The notes under the pieces were generated by a model. The model searched no databases. It saw only the letters and a program-made list of their open reading frames with translations, and was not told the DNA's origin. DNA of 64,000 bases, taken from a virus. The DNA is taken from positions 23,761-87,760 of IMG/VR virus record IMGVR_UViG_3300036832_001118, one strand, 5' to 3'. Position numbers and translations under genes: made by a program. Shown in pieces: positions 19,414-28,300 of this stretch. Position 1 is the first letter of the stretch; each line of letters opens with the position of its first letter.

Positions 19414-20993
19414 GCAACGGCGGCATCCCGCTGCCATCGTTGCCGCCTGATCCGATCCTTGTTGGACAGCCCTTCCCGCTGCAAGGCTTGCCGCAAGCGC
19501 CGTTCGGTTCGCCAATTCTTGATACGCGACCGGGACCGCCGCAACTGCTCAACAGTGCCAGCGGCGGCGTAAACACCAGGTACACCACGGACATTTTTTC
19601 CGGGACGGACAACAATGGCAATCCGCTTCCACCGCCGCCGAACCCGTTTATCGGCTCGCCAATTCAAACTAATCGGCTGCAGGCTTTCTGCACGGTGATA
19701 GTCGCCGGAGTCGATATCACGGATAAGCTCAATCCCTATCTCATCTCGCTGCGGATAGTAGATGCCAAGGTTCCAACCGCAGAAATCGAAATCGATGACC
19801 GTGACGCACGGCTGCCGATCCCGCCATATAACGCGGATGTCAGCATCTACATTGGCTGGGTGGCTGAGGCTACCTACGTGAATTTCAAAGGTGTGATTGT
19901 GGACCTCGAATACAGCGACGCGCGCCAGGGCGGCCGACACATGACGGTGCACTGCCGGGCTGACAGCCTGAATACCAAGATGAAGGAACCAGGTTCCGAT
20001 AATGTAGGCGATGGCCCCCCACCGGGCGAGAACGTCGGCAAGACAATTCCTGTCAACGAATGGCTACAGTCCGCGGCGAAGGCGGCCGGGACGATAGTGA
20101 GTTTTGCACCCGATGCGCTGGCGAAGGCGCAGAAACTTTTGAAGGATCATCATGACCGCAACAATGAAAGCATGCAGCAATTGGTGGAGCGTGAGGCCAA
20201 GGCGGCGGGCCTCACCACGCAATATTTTCGTGGTGGGGTCAAACTCTTCGGGATCAACGACGCGCAGGGAAGTGTCATCGCCCAGGTCGGTTACAATCTG
20301 ATCAGTCTACGCGTGCGACCCTACTCGGCCCGTGGCAGCTGGAGCGACAGCAGACAACACTGGTTCGATACCAAGCTGGGCCAGTGGAAGCGAATGAAGA
20401 TCCCCATCAGCACCGGCAGCGCGCAATTCGACAGTGCGATTGGTGCGGTTGCAGGCTTCCTGTTGCCGAAACCGGCGCCAGACGAGGCGTCAGCGCAAGC
20501 CGATCGCGACGGGGGATCTAATCAGGTTGGCTTCGGTTATGGGCACGGTCGTATCTGTATCAATGGTGAGCCATCGGCACAATTCTTGTGTGCGGTAACG
20601 GTGATCGGAGTACGCTCCGGTGTGGATGGCCGTTACAAGGCTTGGGACGCGGTCGAGCATATCTATTCCCGTCAAGGCTACGTCACTTGGCTCGATGTTA
20701 TTACGGATGCGGACGGCAGCCCCGGCAGCAACGTGCTGGAAGGTCACATCGCGGCGGCTGAGTTGGGTGCGAAGTTGGCGCTAGCCTACGCAAAACAGGG
20801 CGTTAGCGCTATCGTGCCGCTTCCCAGCCCAACGCAGCTAAACCAACAAGTTCCCGCAGGAGAGCCGATCGATTCGGGTACCGCGTCGTCTCTCTTGCCA
20901 AACCTCTCACCCCCTCCGCCTGTGCCGAATGCGCCGATCCCACTTGATCCATTGGGGTCATTGGGGAGTCAACCCTTGGGAGGGTCTTTGTGA
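19410..20993 (+). CDS. P2 gpD-like baseplate hub (late control D) with Pro-rich termini
   Basis: VAGVDIT...LISLRIVD, EIEIDDRD..L..P, GVRSGVDGRY...VEH.YSRQGYVT. Confidence 0.8.
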   Translation: MSNGGIPLPSLPPDPILVGQPFPLQGLPQAPFGSPILDTRPGPPQLLNSASGGVNTRYTTDIFSGTDNNGNPLPPPPNPFIGSPIQTNRLQAFCTVIVAGVDITDKLNPYLISLRIVDAKVPTAEIEIDDRDARLPIPPYNADVSIYIGWVAEATYVNFKGVIVDLEYSDARQGGRHMTVHCRADSLNTKMKEPGSDNVGDGPPPGENVGKTIPVNEWLQSAAKAAGTIVSFAPDALAKAQKLLKDHHDRNNESMQQLVEREAKAAGLTTQYFRGGVKLFGINDAQGSVIAQVGYNLISLRVRPYSARGSWSDSRQHWFDTKLGQWKRMKIPISTGSAQFDSAIGAVAGFLLPKPAPDEASAQADRDGGSNQVGFGYGHGRICINGEPSAQFLCAVTVIGVRSGVDGRYKAWDAVEHIYSRQGYVTWLDVITDADGSPGSNVLEGHIAAAELGAKLALAYAKQGVSAIVPLPSPTQLNQQVPAGEPIDSGTASSLLPNLSPPPPVPNAPIPLDPLGSLGSQPLGGSL

Positions 20994-21011
20994 AGCATTT
21001 GGGGTCATGAT

Positions 21012-22511
21012 GTGTCCAACCGTCGCCTCGCGCACACATACACACTCCAGGCTGAGTTCGACGGCCAAGGCGTTCTAGTCGCCGATCCCTATCCGCTTTA
21101 TCCGCGTGCCTTTTTGTGGGCCCATCTCGATGACGGGATTATGGAGTCCGTCACGACCAATTGGGGCAACGAAGGCATCTACATGGAAGGCGTCGGCCCG
21201 TCGTTGGTCGGGCGCGCCGTTCCCGGTCTCGGTCCGCTGCAGCAGATCAACCTTGGCGGTGCGCTGCAGTTCGACGCTGACGGCAATCTCGCTTACGATC
21301 CGACTAACGTTGAACATCAAATCGCGGCGCTGACCGCGCAGCTGACGACGTTGCAGCAACAGTTTGCAGCGTTGAATGATCAGGTCGAGCTTCTTTACGC
21401 GACGCTCAAATCGACTGCTTTCAACCCGTATGGCCAAGCCAGCCTTGCTGGGGCAGGGGCGCTGGCTGCGGCGTTGGCCACGCCATTTTCGCTGGCGGTG
21501 CCAGCGATGCAGGCGAACGGTAATCTGCAGGCGGTAATTGGCTTTCAGCTGCCAATGGCCCCCCGAGCATTCGCCGCCGTTGGCAGCCTCACCGCAGCTG
21601 CGCTCAATGCTCTCAATATGCGATCCGCGATGACTGGGGCGGGCGCAGCCAACGTTGCTTTGATCCAAGTGCCCAGCACCGTCAAGCAACTCGGGTCCCA
21701 GTTGTTTGCTGGCGCTGGTGGCGGCGTATCAAAATTGGGCATTGGATTGGCGGCGTCAGCCACTTTGGCGGGCGCGAGCAATCTCAATGTCAGCTTGCTC
21801 ACGGCGTTGGGCAGTTCAACAAGCTTTGCTGGCGCGAGCACCTCTGCGGCCAAATTGATACAAGTGCAACGGATCTCGAGGCTTCTCTCTGGCTCTGGTG
21901 GTGCTAGCATAGATGTGCAGCTTTACCGATCGGCATTCGATCCGGTCCACAAGGGTGCGCAGGTCATTCTGTCGAACAACAACTTAACCGCCACGGTGGC
22001 CAGCGCGCCGTATCAGAGCGGATCGGCGATAGGCACAAGCTCGCGCTCCAACGGCAAGCTGTACTTTGAGGTGCACCAGGATGTGCCGATCACGACCGGC
22101 GATATCGCCACCGCCATCGGCGTGGTGACCACGGGCTTTGACGTGTCCCTGCAGGTTGGCCAGGACGTCTACAGCTGGGGCATGATGGCGGCAGACAGGA
22201 ATGGCCGGCATGATAATAACACAGATGGCGGAGGGATTCCTGCTATTGCGGGCGTCGTCTATACATTTATGGTGGCGATTGATTTCAATTACACCGGCGC
22301 CGGCAACAACACCGCGATCTACTTTGGCGTAAACGGGTCATGGTCCAATAGTGGCGCGCCGATCTGGAATAACCTGCCGCCCAACACTCTGCTCTACCCG
22401 GCGGTGTCGCCGTGGTCCGATGCTGTTGGCAATCCGTCCCAGCTCACGCTCAATATTGGGACGACCGCGTTCAACTATACTCCGCTGAGCGGCTTCTCCG
22501 CTTGGGGCTAA
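21012..22511 (+). CDS. Fibre/appendage protein with coiled coil, ~20-aa LAGAG repeats and a C-terminal SPRY-like domain
   Basis: IAALTAQLTTLQQQFAAL coiled coil; repeats; LSNNNLTA...GKLYFEV...LYPAVS...FNYTPLSGFSAWG. Confidence 0.65.
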   Translation: MSNRRLAHTYTLQAEFDGQGVLVADPYPLYPRAFLWAHLDDGIMESVTTNWGNEGIYMEGVGPSLVGRAVPGLGPLQQINLGGALQFDADGNLAYDPTNVEHQIAALTAQLTTLQQQFAALNDQVELLYATLKSTAFNPYGQASLAGAGALAAALATPFSLAVPAMQANGNLQAVIGFQLPMAPRAFAAVGSLTAAALNALNMRSAMTGAGAANVALIQVPSTVKQLGSQLFAGAGGGVSKLGIGLAASATLAGASNLNVSLLTALGSSTSFAGASTSAAKLIQVQRISRLLSGSGGASIDVQLYRSAFDPVHKGAQVILSNNNLTATVASAPYQSGSAIGTSSRSNGKLYFEVHQDVPITTGDIATAIGVVTTGFDVSLQVGQDVYSWGMMAADRNGRHDNNTDGGGIPAIAGVVYTFMVAIDFNYTGAGNNTAIYFGVNGSWSNSGAPIWNNLPPNTLLYPAVSPWSDAVGNPSQLTLNIGTTAFNYTPLSGFSAWG

Positions 22512-22530
22512 TATTAATTAGGATGGGGCA

Positions 22531-23622
22531 ATGCTTACGAGAGATGTGAAGACTGCGACTACGAGCTATGGTGATCTTGTACATTACGCTGAGCGGGAGG
22601 TCGGCGCCAAAGCCTGGGCTTGCTTTTGTCGGTTCGGTGGCGTCGGCGACAACCTCATCGCTGCTGCCGTCGCCAAGCCGCTCAAGGATCTCGGCTATCT
22701 GGTCGAATGCATCAGCCAGGAGCCAAACCACGAGCTGTTCCTCAACAACCCACACATCGATAAACTGTCGGTCTACCAGCAAGAGGATTGGCCCAAAGAT
22801 CAACTCGCCTGGTGCCAGTGGTTCGCCAAGCGGAGCAAGGAGTATGACCGCTTCGCCAATCTGAGCCATACCGTCGAGGTGCGGCATGCGGCATTCCCGG
22901 CCATGTCGTCATTTTGGTGGCCAGCACATTATCGCCGTAAGTTTTTTGCTGGCAGCTATCTGGAAACGGCCTGTGATCTGCTCGATGTTCCCTATACCTT
23001 TGATCGGCTGTTCTGGCCGACCGACGCAGAGGTCGAGAACGCGCAAGAGACGCGCAACAAGATCGGTACCGGTCCGATCATCGGCTGGTGCTGCAATGGC
23101 ACGCGCATCGATAAGGTCTATCCACAAGCTCCGCAAACCATCGGCCGCCTGATCAAAGAGTTAGATGCGCAAGTCGTGTTGATCGGTCGAGGACCGGGCA
23201 CGCCGGACTATGCGCTGGCTGAGCAGACCTTCCAAATGGTCGAAGCGCAGAACGGCAGCAAAGCCGGGCTGCAGCACGTGGGCGGCGACGGCTGGCCGTT
23301 GCGGCGGGTGTTGACGTTCACGCAATCGCTCGACCTTATCATTGGGCCAGACACCGGGCCGCTCTGGGCGGTCGCGCTCGAGCCCAGCCCGAAAATCGTG
23401 CTGCATTCGCACGCGTCAGTCGAGAACATTTGTAAACATTGGCGCAACACCGTCAGCCTGCATGCTGATCCGCGCCGCGTCGATTGCTGGCCTTGCCACA
23501 GGCTCCACGACACCGCGGATACCTGCCGCTTGAACCAATGGAAGAATGGCGCCGCCTGCATCTCCTACATTCCGGCTGATGCAGTCATCAAGGCGGCGAG
23601 ACAACTACTGCAATCAACCTGA
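22531..23622 (+). CDS. Glycosyltransferase family 9 (heptosyltransferase-like)
   Basis: RFGGVGDNL, LFLNNPHID, DLIIGPDTGPLW.A.AL..P.IVL and a C-terminal CWPC...C...C motif. Confidence 0.85.
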   Translation: MLTRDVKTATTSYGDLVHYAEREVGAKAWACFCRFGGVGDNLIAAAVAKPLKDLGYLVECISQEPNHELFLNNPHIDKLSVYQQEDWPKDQLAWCQWFAKRSKEYDRFANLSHTVEVRHAAFPAMSSFWWPAHYRRKFFAGSYLETACDLLDVPYTFDRLFWPTDAEVENAQETRNKIGTGPIIGWCCNGTRIDKVYPQAPQTIGRLIKELDAQVVLIGRGPGTPDYALAEQTFQMVEAQNGSKAGLQHVGGDGWPLRRVLTFTQSLDLIIGPDTGPLWAVALEPSPKIVLHSHASVENICKHWRNTVSLHADPRRVDCWPCHRLHDTADTCRLNQWKNGAACISYIPADAVIKAARQLLQST

Positions 23623-23649
23623 GCCAACACATTTCATAACGGTTCCCTG

Positions 23650-23672
23650 ACCCGCCACTCGGCGGGTTTTTT
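23650..23672 (+). terminator. Intrinsic terminator
   Basis: ACCCGCC-actc-GGCGGGT followed by a T-tract. Confidence 0.7.
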
Positions 23673-23685
23673 GTTGTCTGGAGAC

Positions 23686-23931
23686 ATGCTCATGCTTGAA
23701 TTCGATACGCTCGTCGTTCCGCTCGATGCCAACGTGCAACAGACGCTGGAAGCCAAGGGGCGCGAAGGCTGGATGCTGGTGCCCGGTACGACGCCGCGCG
23801 TGATCTATCAGATCTGCCGTCCAATCCAGACGCAGCCGCTCGCTGAGAACAAGGGCTTTGGCGTCCTGCGCATTGACGAGTCGCAAATCCACATCGTCGA
23901 CAAAGACGGGAACAAGGTGGAGCGCCACTGA
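23686..23931 (+). CDS. Small protein, DUF4177-like
   Basis: GGAG RBS; LEAKGREGWMLV resembles the L..LG.EGWELV motif. Confidence 0.5.
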   Translation: MLMLEFDTLVVPLDANVQQTLEAKGREGWMLVPGTTPRVIYQICRPIQTQPLAENKGFGVLRIDESQIHIVDKDGNKVERH

Positions 23932-23932
23932 C

Positions 23933-24619
23933 ATGCACGGGACCCTGATCCGCGGGATTGACGTGAATGGGCATAGCGTCGGCCCGATCGTCGATATGGA
24001 CTACAACCCGTTGATCTTCAATCAGCAGAGTATCGACGCCGCCAAGAACGTGATCTTGACGCCAACAGCCAACATCACGGTCGCAGAGCGCTGGACCAAT
24101 GAAACCGAATTTATGGTGCAGTATCTCGATCAGCTCAAACTCACGCGCGACAGCTGGGTGTTGGACTATGGCTGTGGCGTTGGTCGTCTCGCCAAAGTGA
24201 TGATCGAGCATTACGGTTGTCAGGTTGTCGGCGTTGATATTAGCAAGTCGATGCGCAGTATGGCGCATACCTATGTGCAGAGCGACCGGTTCATGTCCTG
24301 CTCGGCGGAGATGTGCGATGCGCTGGCGCCAGACTTCGATGTCGCGATTGCGGTTTGGACGCTGCAGCATTGCCGTCGCCCGATCGAGGACATCCAATTT
24401 ATCTGGCGCAACCTCAATGGCGATGGCCGACTGTTGGTATTGAATGAATCATTTCGCTATCTGCCGGTGGTCAACGGCCGCAGTTGCGATTGGGTTGATG
24501 ATCATCAGGAAGTCTGGGGCGAACTGCGCAGGCTTTTCCACCAACATTGGGAACAACCATTCCCGTCTTCACAAGGTCGCTTGGCATTTTACCAGCGGCA
24601 CGATCAAGCAGAGGAGTAA
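23933..24619 (+). CDS. Class I SAM-dependent methyltransferase
   Basis: VLDYGCGVGRL, VVGVDISKSM, FDVAIAVWTLQH. Confidence 0.9.
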   Translation: MHGTLIRGIDVNGHSVGPIVDMDYNPLIFNQQSIDAAKNVILTPTANITVAERWTNETEFMVQYLDQLKLTRDSWVLDYGCGVGRLAKVMIEHYGCQVVGVDISKSMRSMAHTYVQSDRFMSCSAEMCDALAPDFDVAIAVWTLQHCRRPIEDIQFIWRNLNGDGRLLVLNESFRYLPVVNGRSCDWVDDHQEVWGELRRLFHQHWEQPFPSSQGRLAFYQRHDQAEE

Positions 24620-24625
24620 AATGCT

Positions 24626-25036
24626 ATGGCGAATATCGGTTTGTGGGCGCAGAAGAACATGCTTGACTGGGTGCTGTTAGGAGCAGCACCAGCCAAGCCG
24701 CCCGGCACCTATGTCGGGCTGAGCCTTGGAGCGCCAACCTATCAGACCATGTCGGAGGTGGGTGCTGGCTCTGGTTACAGCCGCATCGGCGCAGCGACGA
24801 CTTGGTTTACCCCCGCGACTACCGGTGGCGGCGTTGGCACGACATGGAACGCGACCGCAGCCACGTTTGGCCCGTTCTCATCCTCGGGGGCGATCAGCGG
24901 ATTAGTCGTTGTTGACAACGCAACCAGCGCGACCCCCAACATGCTTTGGTACGGCAACTTGGCCACGCCGCGCACCCCGCTGGCGGGTGACTCTCTGGTC
25001 CTTGCCAGTAGCGCGCTGGTCATCACCTTGTCCTGA
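24626..25036 (+). CDS. Small beta-rich virion fibre subunit
   Basis: MLDWVL...YVGL...EV...GYSR...TFG...GL.V.D.AT...L.YG.L...GD.L......L.IT: a family commonly seen in phage fibre loci. Confidence 0.6.
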   Translation: MANIGLWAQKNMLDWVLLGAAPAKPPGTYVGLSLGAPTYQTMSEVGAGSGYSRIGAATTWFTPATTGGGVGTTWNATAATFGPFSSSGAISGLVVVDNATSATPNMLWYGNLATPRTPLAGDSLVLASSALVITLS

Positions 25037-25347
25037 TGGCGTGGCAACGCGGCGGCTATTGCTGCAGGTGCGGTGACTGCTGCGTCGGGAATCCGTTTCC
25101 CGATCCGGATGATCCCAACGCATCGGCGGCGATGAAACTGCCGCCCGAAGTCAATGGCTATTGCCCGCTGTTTAAGTGGGCAAACCTGCCGGAGGGCCCT
25201 GGCTTCTGCAAGGGCCACGCCGGCGCGGTACCGGCGGGACGGGAGGACCCATTCTACCTGAATGGCTGCAACGTGTGGCCACAGTCGCCAAGCGAGATTT
25301 CTGAGTACAAAAACTGTACCTACTCATTCACCTGGGTTGACGACTAG
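25036..25347 (+). CDS. Cysteine-cluster protein (CxxCxxCC, YkgJ-like)
   Basis: CCRCGDCC...CPLF...C...C..WP. Confidence 0.6.
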   Translation: MAWQRGGYCCRCGDCCVGNPFPDPDDPNASAAMKLPPEVNGYCPLFKWANLPEGPGFCKGHAGAVPAGREDPFYLNGCNVWPQSPSEISEYKNCTYSFTWVDD

Positions 25348-28300
25348 TGGCAACGAAGACCTGGTACATCCTCAACACAAATGGGGCCAGCCCAAACTTC
25401 ATGGGCAACCTCCAGGATGGAGGCACCTCTCCGAGTGTAGCTAATTGCTCCTTCGGCTATGCTCCTGGCAAGCTGGCGATCAATTCCTACTGCAAGTCAT
25501 TTCTGGGCGCCATCAGCACCAGCAGCACTAGCGGCACGACATCGTACATCAACAGTGCCGCTGGCCCAGGCAAGGGCACCGGCACAAGTACCAGCACGGC
25601 CGGTGACAGCTTCGCTACCCCCGTGCCATACTCGGTATCGTTCGCGGCCGGGACCTGGACCTTCACCTGGAACATGATCGCCAACACTGCCACCCTGACG
25701 GGTAGGCTGTGCATGAGGGTGTGGGCCAGCGTTAATCAGGACAGCACCAGCGCCAGGGAGCTGACGTCTGGGGCAGTGTTCAGCAATGTGCTGGGCATCT
25801 CGACCAGCGGCACGACGCTGACGACATCCTGGTCGGCCCCTGCCATCACCTTGAACAATGAGTATTTGTTCTTTCAATTAGAGTGGCAGGAGCAGACCAG
25901 CACTGGTAGCTCAGTCTCTGACAATGCCTTGTTCCGCCAGGGCAGCAGCATCGTCAGCGCTTCTGCTGCTGTTGTTGCCAACATCTCTGCGAACCTTGCT
26001 GGTGCCGGCGCGCTCACCGCCGACGCGACCATTCTGACTGTCGCGCTGGGCACGCCGACCGGGCCATCTGGATCGAGCGTCTGGTACAAGTTCGAAGACA
26101 GCACGACCACCGACAGCTCGGGCAACAACAACACCGGCACACTGGGCGGTTCGCCACTGCCAGTGCTGGGCACCGGCAAGTTCGGCCAGGGCATGGTGTT
26201 CGGCGGCCCCTCTGGCGGAATTGCTGTCCCGTCCGCCGCGGTTAGCGTTCCGACCGCCACCTCGTCATTCTCGGTCATGGCGTGGGTCAAGACGTCGTTT
26301 AATGGCGACGGCCAACCCATATTCGGCGGCCGCACTGGCAGCAGCACGTCGATCATTGACTTCATGCTCGGTTACAATGGTGTCGACAATGCCGGCACCA
26401 ACACAGCGTCCATCCTCGTCTGGGCCGACGATGGTTCTGGCCAGACGCACATCAACGGCACCACGGCCCTCAACGACAATGCGTGGCACCACGTGTGCGT
26501 CGTGTTTGATGGCAGCGGTGGCGCCGCGTTATCAGATAATTTTAATCGTGCAAATGGCTCGCTCGGTTCCCCCTGGATCAACTCGCCGAGCCTCACTGGG
26601 CTCGCCATCGCCAGCAATCAAGTCACGATGGGCAGCGCGGCCTGGGCGCTGGCGTACTGGGACCCAGCGGTTAACGCCGCCCCCGCCGATCAGTGGGCGT
26701 CGGTGGTTTGCTCTGCCGGGACTTTTATGGGTCCGGTGGTGCGGCATCAGTCCGGTGCATCGTCTGGCTACATGTGCTTCTACAACGGCAATGCCAGCGG
26801 CCTGATCTATCTCTACAGTTTTACTGGCGGCACGTTTAATTTTCTGAGCAACGCTGTAGGCAGTTGCAACATCGGCGATACGCTGACGCTGCAGGCCGTC
26901 GGCTCGACGCTACGGGTGCTCGTTAACGGCGTCTCCACAGGTACTTTTACCGACACAACCTATTCCAGCGGCCAGCCCGGCATCGCGGCTCAACAAGGCA
27001 CGCTCGATAATTTCAGTGCGGGTACTACGCAGACACTAAAACTCTACGTTGACGGCACCCAGCAGGGTTCGACGACGACGGCGCCGTTGACGTCGGGCAT
27101 CACGCTCAACAACGCCTATGTCGGCCGCGAGAATGCCCAAGGCTGGGGCATCACCGGCACCATCGACGACTTCCGGTTCTATCCCAAGGCGCTGACAGTA
27201 ACCGAGATCGGCACCTTGCTGGTCGGCGTGGCAGGCGCGACCACTTGGCAGGGCAGCGCGACCCCAGCAGGTACCGGTGCCCTGACTGTCAATGCCAACT
27301 TACTCGCGCAGGCTGCTGCTGTATTAGCTGGCGTTGGTGCACAGACTGCTAGTGCATGGCTGTATATGCCAGCATCACTGGCGCCTCTTGCTGGTGTCAG
27401 TGCCCTGACTACGACATTGCGGCAGAGCCTGCCTTTCGCCGCTTCGCCCTTCTCTGGTGTCGGCGCGTTTGCGCCGCTGAATCTGTCGCCGCAACTGGTC
27501 AGCAGTGCCAGTTTCAGTGGCGCCGGTCAGGCCAGTTGGCCGACGATCAATCCGATCAATCAACTGTTGGTAGCTCGGGCAACGTTGGCTGGCGCGAGCA
27601 GCGAGTCATCCGCGCTCAACGTCTTGCTTGGTACTACATCGGCGCTGAGCGGTGCGGGCCAAGCCAACTGGCCGACCACTAATCCCGTCAATCAGCTGCT
27701 GGTAGCTTCCAGCTTGCTAGCTGGTGGCAGCGCCTTGGTCGGCGACGTAACGCGAGTCGTCGGTGCGGGCACCCAGTGGCAGGGCACGGCCCTGTGGGCT
27801 GGAGCATCCACGCTCGCTGCGCAAGCAACAGCGATTCTCGTTGCCTCCTCCAGTCTGGCAGGCAGCGCAGCCCTGACCGTACAAGTTGGTGTCGGGCTCG
27901 CCACGACTGCTGCGTTGAGTGGCGCTAGCAGCCAATCGTCTGCGCTGAGTGTTCTGCTCAGAACCACATCGGCACTGAGTGGTGTCGGCGCTGCTAGTTG
28001 GCCAACGATCGATCCTATCGATCAGCTGTTGGCCGCGACCGCGACGTTGGCCGGTGCCAGCACCTCGGCATCGAGCCTGCTGACGCTGCGGCCGGTCACC
28101 GCCACGCTCGCTGGCGCCAGTGCGCAACTCGCCAGCATGACGGCGAGGATGCCCAGCGTTGCGGCCTTGGCTGGGGCTGCGACGCTTGCGGGTAGTTTAA
28201 GCCAAACTCTCTTGAGCAGTGCGATCTGGGCTGGAGCGGGCGCGGCTCTCAGCGGCCTGACGCAGCAGCTCTCTGTTAACGTGGCTTCCTTTGCTGCGGT

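Noticed and set aside
1-20993. Extracellular contractile injection system or tailocin
   Set aside because: Integrase, replication, immunity and terminase genes in the same contig indicate a complete phage.
1-27210. Similar LamG segments (1-72 and about 27138-27210) and paired SPRY domains as DGR template/variable repeats
   Set aside because: Differences are not adenine-specific, both copies are coding, and no reverse transcriptase is present in the window.
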